A DNA stretch of 64,000 bases from Candidatus Zhuqueibacterota bacterium. Lineage in GTDB: Bacteria > Zhuqueibacterota > Zhuqueibacteria > Thermofontimicrobiales > Thermofontimicrobiaceae. The notes under the pieces were generated by a model that was not told the origin of the DNA, did not search any database, and worked only from the letters and a program-made list of their open reading frames with translations. The stretch is taken from assembly GCA_049322915.1 (NCBI GenBank), contig JBMOPW010000045.1:104206-168205 (forward strand), given 5' to 3'. This document shows, piece by piece, positions 54,601 through 64,000 of this stretch. Every line of letters starts with the position of its first letter. Position 1 is the stretch's first letter. Both the position numbers and the translations under genes were made by a program.

Positions 54601-54843
54601 GCCGCTGGTGAAAAAGAGCAATGAACCATTGCCCGACCCGGTTGTGGGATAGTTGACCAGACTGGTCCATGACAATGTGAAATTCGATGAGTACGGACCA
54701 TTACCGCTTTCATCGTATGCCCCCTGCATGGTCCAGCCCTGTTTGGTGCCATCGTTGAAGTCAAATTCTTGCGCACCTGACTGGACTGCCAGCCCCATTC
54801 CCATTGCCAAAATGAGAATGAGTTTTAAATGATTCATTTTCAT
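51607..54843 (-). CDS. Large secreted protein with Ig-like repeats, right-handed beta-helix and T9SS-type C-terminal domain
   Basis: Signal peptide; two PNGGExW repeats; VTNCMDAGPGSLRDAI; NVISGN/GN.IG beta-helix turns; NYPNPFNP. Confidence 0.82.
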   Translation of the reverse strand: MKMNHLKLILILAMGMGLAVQSGAQEFDFNDGTKQGWTMQGAYDESGNGPYSSNFTLSWTSLVNYPTTGSGNGSLLFFTSGGHGITGSSGTYWIMKFSSPDLSGETDWQSVTSISVRLTENMTVSSTLYANLIVTVYDNDLAKDRTFYNDQLLNQPLTYSSWFNSNAVWNTLTFDWSSSSIFPTNYTMKEITIQIMGAMTGLIDGQVGIDEVVGQGGTSTSSITVTNPNGGEQWEADTPQAITWTGQGIDNYDVKIEYSTDGGANYSFVTYQTNHGTAGSYTWTLPDEPSTNCLVRLSVLQASVISDVSNASFEITSNPYIKLDVPNGGENWNVGSPRYIVWNTHLFSGAVKIEYSTNGGATYSTIAGSYSGSPSYQWTVPNTPSSNCCVKVSDATDGQPFDISDAVFTISSTSPTNTPAGVNVIVDVTSAIQLMFAQVINPGNTDAAIEPIGPIPPAYHVVIPEGNPGYYLISTTATYSGVISMEITYSDAGLGDHETTLKLMRFDEPSGQWAEITTHLYTDVNVIRGETDHLSTFAIMYPLSGPTTGSLLVTNCMDAGPGSLRDAINSANSSIGPDTILFAIPEGVPGHDADVGVWIISPLSQLPTISDNDLFLNGFSQAAFIGRDCNPHGPEIVISGSNAGQYVSGLNVTGSMVFIHGLTINNFYSTGVSMDNVDGGHLRGCYIGADFNGFSPAPNGYGVWIGNHSQFVVIAPMDTFRNVISGNTNGGIFVSDSSHHVNILGNIVGLNRLGDAPIPNGNYGGICIQNQCDSVAVFDNRIGGNRYGIYILESCRSSIQNNWIGMAPEFIDPLTGNEFDGVFIADESYDNCIRNNFIWFNRGAGVRIYGAEPLRNRISHNSIAHNQQSGILYDSGGANVISAPTITSVTGSSVSGTAIADAMIEIYTDSEDEGEIFQGETMSDPAGNFIWNGSIHGPFSNVTAIAINAEGSTSPFSKAVLTEVEQPAMNPIPESFSLNQNYPNPFNPSTTIEFALPRPCFVTLTIYNMMGEEVTSLITERLTAGIHRCNWDARGISSGIYLYRLEATDHSPVLSRRENSAALLPRTYVQSRKLILMR

Positions 54844-55361
54844 AGCATCACCTCGTATTGTTGAACATGATTTCGATTGATTTGTCAATCATCGGTTTTT
54901 CTACTATTCCATTTTTACTAATTTCTGAAAAATCAACCCGCTCCAATTCCATGGATTGAAGCATTGCTCATCCATTCATTGTCGAAAGGTGTGTCTGAGG
55001 TCCCGGCGATGTGCGCCGATCGAATCCTTTCCCAACGCCCGGATCAGGAGGACGCGCCGTCGTTGCTTTTTTTGTGCTGCGCCGTTGTTTGGGACAGGGA
55101 TTCACAGCACACGCGAATTTCCCCTGATGGCAGAAGGATATGATGAAGCATTTTCATGTTGATCCATTCCTTGAGAATCGTTTCATTCAGCCCGGTGAGA
55201 CGCGCCGCGCATGGCATGGTGATCATGTTGCTGCACTGGCAGATAAATTGAAATTTACTTGTTCAGGTCAGGGCTCGCCGAAATGTCTGGCTGAGACGAT
55301 TGCCGATTTTGGCCAGCATCAGGATAATTCTTGCATAATATAAAAAAAATGATTATGATAG

Positions 55362-55400
55362 TCTTGACAAAAGTATGAAAAATTCTTGAAATTTGCATGA
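55362..55400 (+). promoter_or_regulatory. Four direct repeats at 11-bp period; candidate wHTH regulator binding site
   Basis: TCTTGA, GTATGA, TCTTGA, GCATGA with TGA at 55365, 55376, 55387, 55398. Confidence 0.55.
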
Positions 55401-55406
55401 GGCCTT

Positions 55407-57359
55407 ATGTTCGAAGAGGAGAGATTGATTTTTCACTTTGCAGATTTCATGTTGGATGTTGCAGATCATCGGCTGACGCAGGGTGATAAGGAAATTTATC
55501 TCCGGCCAAAATCATTCGAGACCCTCGTTTACCTCATCGCCCGCCACGGGCATCTGGTCGATAAAAATGAACTGCTCGATGAAATTTGGTCGGGCACTAT
55601 TGTGACTGAAGCGACGCTATCTCACTGCATCGAAGAGATTCGGCGCGCCCTGGCCGACGACGCCTACCATCCCCGCTTCCTCAAAACCGTCCCAAAAATC
55701 GGCTATAAATTCATCGGAAAAGTCGATAACCTGCCGACTGAGACGGATGAGGAAATAACCGAGCATTATTCAGAAGTCAGAATTCGGCTCACCGAAGAAA
55801 AACTTACTGAAGATTCCGAACCGTCTGCCAGCGAAACCACAACGCCGGAACATCACAACGCCTTGCCCATCAGCCTGCCCCGATATGCATTCTTACCGAA
55901 AATAGTGGGAGTCGTCTCGATCATCATCCTCTTATTTCTGGTCATTCGCCATGTATTCATGGAATCGGATCACAACATCCATTCATTGGCGGTGCTGCCG
56001 TTTGTCAATATCAATGCCGACCCGGAGCAGGATTATTTTGTTGATGGAATGACGGAGGAATTGATCACCGAACTGGCGAACATCAGCGCTCTCCGCGTGA
56101 TCTCCCGGACTTCGATCATGCGTTTCAAAGGGGCGGAAGAATCGCTGCCCGAAATTGCTGCCCGGCTGGGCGTTGACGCGGTTGTTGAAGGATCAGTGCT
56201 CCATAGCGGCAACAAAGTCCGGGTGAATGCGCAGCTCATTCACGCCCGAACGGATCAACATCTCTGGGCGGAACGGTACGAGTGCGATTTGAGCAATGTC
56301 ATTGGATTACAGGGGGAGATTGCCAGGTCCATTGCGCAGACTATCAAAACCCGGCTGACGCCGGAGGATGTTGACCGGCTAAAAAAGAAGCAATCAATTT
56401 CACCTGAAGCGCATCGTGACTTTCTCAAGGGGCGCTATTTCTGGAACAAAAGGACCGAGGATGGATTTCTGAAAGCGATCGTGTATTTCAACCAGGCGAT
56501 CGAATTGAATCCTGTGTATGCTCAGGCTTACGCCGGCCTGGCGAACTGCTACAATCTGCTCTATGATTACGATTTGATCCGGCCCGGGGATGTGGCGCAA
56601 AAAGCCAGAGCCGCCGCGATAAAAGCGATCGAGATTGATACGATGTTTTCCGAAGGGTATGCATCATTGGCGTTCGTCTCATCCCGATATGATTGGGACT
56701 GGCAGGGCGCCGAAGCGAATTTCAAACGCGCCATTCAATTGAACGAAAACGATGTCCTCGCTCATCACTGGTATGCCCTGCACTTAGCCATGCTCAAGCG
56801 ATTCGATGAGGCATTCGCTGAAATCACAAAGGCGCAGGAATTGGATCCGCTCTCACTCATCGTTTCAACTAATGTTGGCTGGATTTTGTATTTTGCCGGT
56901 CGATACGACGAAGCAGAGCAGCAGATCAACAAAGTGTTGGACATGGATCCTAATTTCCTGTCCGCTCGTGTGAAACTTGGCTGGATATACGAGCAAACCG
57001 GAGAGTATTCGCTCGCACAGGCTGAGTATCAAAAGGCGTTACAGCTTACGCCTGATGACACCAATGTGCTGAGCCTGTTGGGCAATAGCTATGCGCTCTC
57101 CGGCAATCGAAGCGAAGCTCAAAAAGTAGTTGACGAATTGATCCGCCGATCGCACCAACGCTATATTTCTTCCTATTGGATTGCTATTATGTACACCTGT
57201 CTGGGAGAAAAAGACGAGGCGTTCGCCTGGCTCAATCAGGCATGCAGAGAAAGGAGTAGCGGCCTTATTTGGCTGAATGCCGATCCCAAATTGCTTCTGC
57301 TTCGGAATGACCCGCGGTTTTCTCAATTGATGCTCCGGATTGGATTTGCAGGAAAATGA
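55407..57359 (+). CDS. CadC/OmpR-type winged-helix regulator with TM segment, TolB-like domain and TPRs
   Basis: LRPKSFETL..ELLDEIW..IRRAL..TVPKIGYKF; TM helix; SLAVLPF..YFVDGMTEELI..VISRTS; TPRs. Confidence 0.88.
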   Translation: MFEEERLIFHFADFMLDVADHRLTQGDKEIYLRPKSFETLVYLIARHGHLVDKNELLDEIWSGTIVTEATLSHCIEEIRRALADDAYHPRFLKTVPKIGYKFIGKVDNLPTETDEEITEHYSEVRIRLTEEKLTEDSEPSASETTTPEHHNALPISLPRYAFLPKIVGVVSIIILLFLVIRHVFMESDHNIHSLAVLPFVNINADPEQDYFVDGMTEELITELANISALRVISRTSIMRFKGAEESLPEIAARLGVDAVVEGSVLHSGNKVRVNAQLIHARTDQHLWAERYECDLSNVIGLQGEIARSIAQTIKTRLTPEDVDRLKKKQSISPEAHRDFLKGRYFWNKRTEDGFLKAIVYFNQAIELNPVYAQAYAGLANCYNLLYDYDLIRPGDVAQKARAAAIKAIEIDTMFSEGYASLAFVSSRYDWDWQGAEANFKRAIQLNENDVLAHHWYALHLAMLKRFDEAFAEITKAQELDPLSLIVSTNVGWILYFAGRYDEAEQQINKVLDMDPNFLSARVKLGWIYEQTGEYSLAQAEYQKALQLTPDDTNVLSLLGNSYALSGNRSEAQKVVDELIRRSHQRYISSYWIAIMYTCLGEKDEAFAWLNQACRERSSGLIWLNADPKLLLLRNDPRFSQLMLRIGFAGK

Positions 57360-57464
57360 AGCAGCAGCGCCTGGCGAATGGCAATTCACAAGTCAGAATT
57401 GCCCGTGTTCCGACAAACGGAAAAGAGAGAAAATATCCGGCCGATTCACATTAACTCGGAGGAA

Positions 57465-58481
57465 ATGATGGAATCACATCTCATCGAAAATATTACCTGG
57501 TTCACAGATCAGGCGGCCGGAGAGGCCGGCGAACCGGGCATTCACCACTCTTACATGAAAAGCGTCGCAACGGCTCTGAATTACCTCGATGAAAAGTTCG
57601 ATCCGGTGTGGTTGATGGGCAGCAGCGGATTTGCATTCAGGATTTTCATCAATGTAAATCTGTGCCCGAGCGCCATGAGTATTTTTGATTTTTCAGCCAT
57701 ATTGCCGGAAGTGATTGAACAATCGGGGTACAGGGCCGCCTATTTCGGCCGTTACTGGAATGATGAGGCCCACGAAAAAATCAGGCGGGACCAGGCCCAT
57801 GAAGCAATCCTCGCCGGCATTGACAGAAACGTGCCTGCCGTGGTCTGGGATATTTACGACGCAGAATGGGGGTTGATAACCGGCTACAATGCCAGAGGAA
57901 AATTCTATCACACGTTGACGCATCGCGGTGAAAAATCAACGTTGCCTTTTGCACGATTGGGTCGCAATGGCATCGACATTCTCTCTGTTGCCATCGCCGG
58001 CGAACCGAATCAAAAGACTCGGGACGAGATCGTTTTTAACGCACTCAAAGCAGCGGTTTGTCATGCTGAGCAGGGAGAATGGACTGAGAGAGGGCGGTAT
58101 CAGAATGGATTGGCAGCGTATGAAATGTGGTCTGCATTTTATGAAAAGGCGGCGATGATTATCAACGCGGGCAAAGGCGCAAATATCAAACAGGATGTTT
58201 GGGATCACGCTGCCTACCACGCGAGTCATCATTACTCCGCCCGATGCTACGCCCGGGACTTTTTGAAAATGATCGCCCCTGGGAATGACGCTCTGGCAGC
58301 GGCGGCCTCATTGTATGAAACTGCGGCGTCATTGCTCAAACTGGTCTGGTATGCCATGGTGATCAACAGGAATCTGAACGCCGATACGCTGAATTTTCTG
58401 GCGCAACAAATACGCGAGGCAAAGCAGGCTGAGGAAAAAGGCATTCGACAGATAAATGCCTATCTGAAAATATCCACGTGA
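57465..58481 (+). CDS. Conserved-looking hypothetical cytoplasmic protein
   Basis: GGAGG RBS before ATG 57465; motifs LMGSSGFAFR, EWGLITGY, GLAAYE; no confident family. Confidence 0.6.
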   Translation: MMESHLIENITWFTDQAAGEAGEPGIHHSYMKSVATALNYLDEKFDPVWLMGSSGFAFRIFINVNLCPSAMSIFDFSAILPEVIEQSGYRAAYFGRYWNDEAHEKIRRDQAHEAILAGIDRNVPAVVWDIYDAEWGLITGYNARGKFYHTLTHRGEKSTLPFARLGRNGIDILSVAIAGEPNQKTRDEIVFNALKAAVCHAEQGEWTERGRYQNGLAAYEMWSAFYEKAAMIINAGKGANIKQDVWDHAAYHASHHYSARCYARDFLKMIAPGNDALAAAASLYETAASLLKLVWYAMVINRNLNADTLNFLAQQIREAKQAEEKGIRQINAYLKIST

Positions 58482-58601
58482 CCACTGACGGCAGGAATGA
58501 GCAGGTCCGAAGGCAATTTTTTAACTGAATTTATAAATTGAAATTCTGCAAATTCCACCGAAACTCAGCCTGCCCATTCTGCTCCAGGCAATTCGGTTTC
58601 A

Positions 58602-59288
58602 CTATTTTTTAAGTATCTTCTCCGTCTCGATCTGCTTGAAAATATCGTGCATGAATTGGACGTACAGCTCTTCCTTTTTGCGTTGCTCCGGATGGAATGG
58701 ATAAATGAAAATGAGCAAGGACTGGACCCATTTGGTCAACGAAGCGCTGCGGGAATAGGTTTTGAGAAGCCGACCCTGGGTATTGTAGATCTCAGCGGTG
58801 GCGGAATAGGAGTAACTGTACGGTATCGGCAGCAGCGTCAGGCTGACGCTTGAACCAATGGTGCCCAGAAACGTCTTGGCGAAGGATTTCTGCCGCATGA
58901 ACTGGACTTTTATTATGAAGTCGTGCTGCTGCATGAGACTATCTTTGAGCACACGCCGGGCTGGATCATTGACGTCAGCAGCATAATCGGTGAATGTAGA
59001 ATACTGTTGAACATTGCTGAACTCCTTCAATGCATCCTGGAAGAAATCCTCAAAGCCGCGGATCCGTTCGTACTGATTGTCCAGTTTCGGTATCGCATCC
59101 AGCCCTTTAGTCTGCCGATAGTGGCTGAAAATGAATAATGCACTGACGCGATCCGCTTCGTAGTTTTTTTCCGGAGCCGAGACGAGCGTTCCTTTCATGT
59201 CTGATTTGAATGTCGCACAACCTGTTATCAGTTGAGCAACAATTAACAAAAAGGCGATCAGGAATAATTGATTAAATTTCATACGCAT
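58602..59288 (-). CDS. Hypothetical lipoprotein
   Basis: Lipobox ITGC after a hydrophobic stretch; AAGGAG RBS. Confidence 0.7.
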   Translation of the reverse strand: MRMKFNQLFLIAFLLIVAQLITGCATFKSDMKGTLVSAPEKNYEADRVSALFIFSHYRQTKGLDAIPKLDNQYERIRGFEDFFQDALKEFSNVQQYSTFTDYAADVNDPARRVLKDSLMQQHDFIIKVQFMRQKSFAKTFLGTIGSSVSLTLLPIPYSYSYSATAEIYNTQGRLLKTYSRSASLTKWVQSLLIFIYPFHPEQRKKEELYVQFMHDIFKQIETEKILKK

Positions 59289-59354
59289 TTCTCCTTGCTA
59301 ATGGTTAGTCGTATCATTGGTTCAAATCCTTTGTTCCAATTTTTATTTGATATT

Positions 59355-60650
59355 CTACAGGACAATTTTTTCCGGCCATGGTTTTTGTTTGGAAGTTCCC
59401 CACAAGTTGCTGATGTAATCGATAGAGAAAAAATCTTCGAACGCATGGAGCCAATAATTGCCTTTGTCCGAAAGAACGATCTGATCTCCATCATCCTCTA
59501 AAAATCCCAGCAGAGCGAAAGGTTTCAAATATTTCCCATAGACGTTATCGAAGTCCTTTCCGAACCGTTTGTAAAAATCATGCTTCGTGAATCTCGTTTC
59601 ATAGATTCTCCAGTAAAGCCAACCCGCCATTTGCATTTCCTCCGGCAGATTAAGCGATAATGCTGTGGCCATTTTCCCGCACTCCAGCGCATTAATATAC
59701 TCAGCGACGTTAAACGTATTGAGATAGAAAATGTCCTCCAGGTAAGAACCACCACTTACCCCCAGTCCGATGTAGAGCGGCACAGTAACCGAACAGTATT
59801 TTGGTATGCCTCGCTGGGTGAATGCCCATACGGATGTCCTCTCAAATCCGGCACTGTAAAAAATGTCCTCCAAAATGCTGAGCATTTTTTTTCTCTTCAA
59901 TAGTGTTGATTTTTTATAGCCGTTTTCATTAACAGCACTCCCCATTTTAGTATAAGGGAACCTGAACAGAGGATAAGCGGCGACCTGATTTACCCCCATC
60001 TCAACCAGGGTTTTTCCTGCCTGGGCTACCTCGTCATACGTCTGGTTGGGTAATGCAAAAATGAGATCAGCATTTACGCATTTAAAGCCCATCTTTACAG
60101 ACTGATTGATTGCCGATTTCACTTCGTTTGTGGTATATGGCCTTTTCAAAAAGCTCAAATGCCTGTCCTGCAAAGCTTCGATGCCAACACTCAGGTTTGT
60201 CACACCCAGAGATTTAAGCGTCTGAAGATTATTCGAATTCAAATGATTGGGGTGGCTCTCGATATGTATTTCACAGTGCATATTAAAGGTGCTGAAAATA
60301 TGAGATAAAATATCTTCAAGGCCGCAATGAAGCATCGTGGTTGGAGTTCCGCCGCCGATATAAAACGACGTTACTGGTCTGTCACCGACTATTCCTGAAT
60401 AAAAATCGATCTCTTTTTTGACAGCCAAGGCATAACTTTTTGCCACAGTTGGCTGAAATATCTCTTTGTTATAAGGGCAGTAAGGGCATATTTGTTCACA
60501 AAACGGGATGTGAAGGTAGATTCCTAACTCCTTTATCGTCCTAAATTTTTGTCGAAGCACGTCGGGTGAGGGGACATCGGCTTGTAAGGCAATCTCTTTT
60601 TCACCAGTGAAAAATCGACTCAGCTTTTTTCTGATGTAACTCTCAAGCAT
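59355..60650 (-). CDS. HemN/HemW-like radical SAM protein
   Basis: YLHIPFCEQICPYC (CxxxCxxC), YIGGGTPT, DLIFALP, YIGLG. Confidence 0.88.
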   Translation of the reverse strand: MLESYIRKKLSRFFTGEKEIALQADVPSPDVLRQKFRTIKELGIYLHIPFCEQICPYCPYNKEIFQPTVAKSYALAVKKEIDFYSGIVGDRPVTSFYIGGGTPTTMLHCGLEDILSHIFSTFNMHCEIHIESHPNHLNSNNLQTLKSLGVTNLSVGIEALQDRHLSFLKRPYTTNEVKSAINQSVKMGFKCVNADLIFALPNQTYDEVAQAGKTLVEMGVNQVAAYPLFRFPYTKMGSAVNENGYKKSTLLKRKKMLSILEDIFYSAGFERTSVWAFTQRGIPKYCSVTVPLYIGLGVSGGSYLEDIFYLNTFNVAEYINALECGKMATALSLNLPEEMQMAGWLYWRIYETRFTKHDFYKRFGKDFDNVYGKYLKPFALLGFLEDDGDQIVLSDKGNYWLHAFEDFFSIDYISNLWGTSKQKPWPEKIVL

Positions 60651-60675
60651 AATGGACTCCTATCAAGATACTTTT

Positions 60676-61254
60676 TTAAGAGGATTCGACACACGTTTCT
60701 TCGATGTATTTTTTAAACTCTCTTAAAAATTCATTGGCTTTTTTCCTGGCCGTGGCTATGTAGCTGTTTTTTAGCAGGCCAGGTTTCACCGTACACTCCT
60801 GAAAATATTCCACCTGATAGCCATCCTGTCCTCTTTTTATCTGATAATAACCTGAAGAAGAGAGTAATTGGGGCATAAGGCTGATGTTATTCTCGCTGCT
60901 AATCATCTCAAATATTACTTTCTGTTCTTCGCTGTTCAGTGTTCTTCGCCAGGTTGACTTATTTTCGAAGATTACGAATATTCGGTACGTATAGGTCACT
61001 TCGTAGCTGTTGTCTCCACTTCGAACCCATTCGATGGATGATGCACCTATTGCATATTCAGAGAGATGCTCAAAATTATAGATCACATCGATGAGACAAT
61101 CACACGTCGCTCGTACGATAAAACTGCCACGGAACGAATAGCGATTACCATCCTGAATGAACTCACAATTCAGATTGTCGTGCTGGCTATCAGAAAATAC
61201 AAAAGATAAACTCAGCAGCGCAAGCAAAAGTCCATTAATGAATTTCTTCTTCAT
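60676..61254 (-). CDS. Exported SRPBCC/START-like hypothetical protein
   Basis: Signal peptide; VIYNFEHLSEY and a beta-rich core ending in a long helix. Confidence 0.5.
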   Translation of the reverse strand: MKKKFINGLLLALLSLSFVFSDSQHDNLNCEFIQDGNRYSFRGSFIVRATCDCLIDVIYNFEHLSEYAIGASSIEWVRSGDNSYEVTYTYRIFVIFENKSTWRRTLNSEEQKVIFEMISSENNISLMPQLLSSSGYYQIKRGQDGYQVEYFQECTVKPGLLKNSYIATARKKANEFLREFKKYIEETCVESS

Positions 61255-61319
61255 ATTAAAAATAATTGAGTGCATTTCAGATGGCTGATAGTTACAATGT
61301 CAACGTTTCGTTGTAATTA

Positions 61320-61502
61320 CTCAGGTTCCAGGTTTCAAGGTTCCCGGTTCCAGGTTAAAAAAAATTTTTCGTCGCTATTCAGGCATGTAGTCTCGCTGCG
61401 AAGTCACCAAGCCACAAAGCAGTTACGAATATTCAATTACCAAAAAGGCATAATGAGATGATTCTAACCCTGAACCCTGAACGCTGAACCAGCCAACCTG
61501 AG
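61320..61502. repeat. Two opposing heptamer-repeat arms flanking ~110 bp
   Basis: (CAGGTTC)-like repeats at 61320-61356; complementary (AACCCTG/AACGCTG) repeats at 61464-61502. Confidence 0.65.
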
Positions 61503-61532
61503 TAGATACAAAAATATTATCTAAAATACACC

Positions 61533-63908
61533 TCAAACCGGTCGCCTGACCTTTAATATAATGAACGTCACATCATCGTGCTGCGGACGGCCGTTCGCCC
61601 AGGCCTCGCCAGCCTGGGAAAGGTGCTCAATTATCTCCTGGGGTGATTTATTGCCTGCTTCCCGGATGATCTCTTTGACATGGGAATATTCCATGGTCTC
61701 CATTTTATCATTGAACATTTCGAGAAAACCATCGCTCATCAGTACTATTGTATCGCCGGGCGACAGATTTACTTTTTTTTCCTGGTAAGGATATTGTAGA
61801 AAACATCCCAGCGGTATTCCTTTCAGTTCAATATCTTCGACCTTTTTTTCCGCGGCCCGGTAAATCAATGGCGATGGCATACCAGCAGATGACGCCACCA
61901 TCGCTTGATCCTTGATTTTTATAAGCATCATTGCCATGTACAACGCACCAAGATTCAATCTCTTTATACTCCTGGTATATTTCTCAAACACATCGACGAT
62001 TCGTGGCGTGATGGCAAACTCGTGGAATAAACTCTTGGCAATGGTTACCATTATTCCTGCCTTTGCACCATGCCCGGTTGCGTCGCCAATCGCTATGGTC
62101 AATGTGCCATCTTCAGGCGGCTGGACATCGAAGTCGTAATAATCGCCGCCGACTTCGGATGCGGTTTTCATGTACACAGCAATGTCAATATGCGGGAGAG
62201 TCGGCACTACTTTTGGCAGCATTGAAAGTTGGAGCTGACGAGCTTCTTCAAGCTCTTGAGTCTTGCGGGAATTATCAGCTTCCAATAAACAACGTGCGAT
62301 TTCTTCCTCTCTGGCATGTCGTTCCTGAGATAGCGCTTTTTCTGAAAGGTCCTTCACCTGAACAATCTGCCGTTCCAGATCTGTATTTATCCAGGCAAAT
62401 CGACGCGAGAGATAGATCGACATTGAAATGCTCATCGCGATCACGCCGTAGATATACGTCGAGGTGAAGCCACCTTTCGGTTCAATGAGTTTGTAGCTTA
62501 TCGAGAGATCATAGAAAACTAACAGCGCGAGGATGGAAATTCCGATCCCAAAAATCCAGAGGCTGTTGCGATCCTTTTTTAGCAGTTCATTATTGGACTT
62601 TCTTGGTAGGTAGCTTGCAATTATTTCAACGAGGGCTATTACTTTAAAGACATCTGTCAAATGAAAGGCTGCCTCGTTCCACCGGAACAAACCCCAAATC
62701 GATAATATTATCCCGATAATTATGTATAGCCATGTTCTTGCCGGGGATTTTTTATATCGCAATTCAAAGGCGGTGAGGAGTCCGAAGAGAATAGTTAGAT
62801 TCACGACAGGCGCCTGAATGAGGGACCACAAAACGATGGAATCGGCGTTTGTCGGATTCCGAAAAAAACCGAGAACCGCGAAGCCAATCATGCAGGCTGC
62901 ATAATACAGGTTTTCCTTGAAGCGGGTGTAGAAAACAAATAGCAATAGGTGCAATAACGCCAGCGCGGTGGGAATGACAGTGAGGATCATCCTTGAAACA
63001 GTGTCTTTCTTAAGAGATTTCGATCGCCATGCAATAGCCTGGCTCAAGTCGCTCACGGTCATTGAAAAACCGATATCGCTGCTCTGTAAAAATTGGCCGA
63101 CTGAAAAACTCGAGTAGCGCACTGCAAACACATGCGTCGGCTGGGGGCTGAAAATCAGAACCTGGGGATTGTTGTCCTCGGACCGTCGTTCTTCGTCCTG
63201 CGAACGACCGACCACCCCAATGGCGTATTCCAATTGTCCGTCGACGAAAACTTCCGCAGCGCCCCTCTGCCGAATCAGCAGTGCTATGGATTTGTTCCAA
63301 AAGACAGAATCGACCCTTACATGCAGACGAAACCAACCGATCCCCTGCCATCCATTTTTAGGTGGCCGATCGAATCGAATCCCTGGTCCGTATAATTCCC
63401 AACCACTATCATCCAGTGCCGTGTCTGCCCACGACGGGTTATCGCCGGGGTGGAATTTCCAATTTGAAGTCAGGTGAACAAGTCCAACCCGGCCAGAAGT
63501 ATCGGCCCGCAAAATCGTGACCGCTCCAATTTCATCCCTCCATTGAGAAACCGGGACAATAATTGTCGTATCGCGTTCAACATCAAGGTGGCAATTTGCC
63601 AGATCATTTCCATCTCTATCGACGGCCGCTGTTTGCCATGAGCCCCGAGTGATTTTGTACTCAATATGCGCTCCAGCCGCGAGTATCAATGTCTGTGTCC
63701 AACTACCATCTGCTTGCCGATCAAGCGGTATACCCGGCGGATCCCAATTGCCCAATTCAGCAGGATCACCTGATACATAGATTTGTGAATTTGCCGGCAG
63801 AGATTTTGGAATGACACGAATCTGTACCTTTTTTGTCTCGTCTTTCAGATGAGGTGCACACCCATAAAACAAGACGAGTAATATGAGCAGGAAATAAATC
63901 TTGTTCAT
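61533..63908 (-). CDS. Membrane sensor phosphatase: CBM20-like + beta-sandwich + multi-TM + PP2C (SpoIIE/RsbU)
   Basis: LFYGC lipobox-like; IYVSG..ELGNW..EYKITRGSW; GIGWFR; TM bundle; EVGGDYYD, GDATGHG, SDG, DDVT. Confidence 0.85.
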   Translation of the reverse strand: MNKIYFLLILLVLFYGCAPHLKDETKKVQIRVIPKSLPANSQIYVSGDPAELGNWDPPGIPLDRQADGSWTQTLILAAGAHIEYKITRGSWQTAAVDRDGNDLANCHLDVERDTTIIVPVSQWRDEIGAVTILRADTSGRVGLVHLTSNWKFHPGDNPSWADTALDDSGWELYGPGIRFDRPPKNGWQGIGWFRLHVRVDSVFWNKSIALLIRQRGAAEVFVDGQLEYAIGVVGRSQDEERRSEDNNPQVLIFSPQPTHVFAVRYSSFSVGQFLQSSDIGFSMTVSDLSQAIAWRSKSLKKDTVSRMILTVIPTALALLHLLLFVFYTRFKENLYYAACMIGFAVLGFFRNPTNADSIVLWSLIQAPVVNLTILFGLLTAFELRYKKSPARTWLYIIIGIILSIWGLFRWNEAAFHLTDVFKVIALVEIIASYLPRKSNNELLKKDRNSLWIFGIGISILALLVFYDLSISYKLIEPKGGFTSTYIYGVIAMSISMSIYLSRRFAWINTDLERQIVQVKDLSEKALSQERHAREEEIARCLLEADNSRKTQELEEARQLQLSMLPKVVPTLPHIDIAVYMKTASEVGGDYYDFDVQPPEDGTLTIAIGDATGHGAKAGIMVTIAKSLFHEFAITPRIVDVFEKYTRSIKRLNLGALYMAMMLIKIKDQAMVASSAGMPSPLIYRAAEKKVEDIELKGIPLGCFLQYPYQEKKVNLSPGDTIVLMSDGFLEMFNDKMETMEYSHVKEIIREAGNKSPQEIIEHLSQAGEAWANGRPQHDDVTFIILKVRRPV

Positions 63909-64000
63909 AATTACCGATACAGAATTGTTGTTATTATCGGAGGCCACTTCGGAAGTGGTCAAATGGAATTCACTTTCGAAATGGCCTCCATCAATTTATT

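Overview
Bacterial genomic window of about 39 CDSs; I found no rRNA, tRNA or CRISPR array. Gene content (four secreted proteins ending in the NYPNPFNP FlgD-Ig/T9SS-type sorting domain, GH109, a TolC-RND pump) suggests a diderm of the FCB superphylum such as KSB1/Calditrichota (inference). In order: a sugar-utilisation cluster (GH51 end, GH109, DUF2271-like, galactokinase); an MBL hydrolase; an orphan FliA/WhiG sigma factor; an ECF sigma/anti-sigma operon; three secreted proteins sharing an unrecognised domain, two of them through a recent 1.43-kb duplication; a TetR-TolC-MFP-RND efflux operon; a housekeeping block (ppdK, ctpA, tmk, MATE, ino1, panD, CDP-alcohol transferase, rsmI, lat, HIT, EF-G2, degenerate acyl-CoA ligase); then an accessory region. 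The most notable locus is 46.0-51.4 kb. It holds an NLR-like CHAT(caspase)-STAND-TPR gene with one GTAG palindrome inside it and another supplying its stop codon, followed by an ~845-bp array of alternately inverted three-hairpin modules and a stand-alone HUH/Y1 nuclease with no tnpB. All family assignments come from motif recognition by eye, not database searches.
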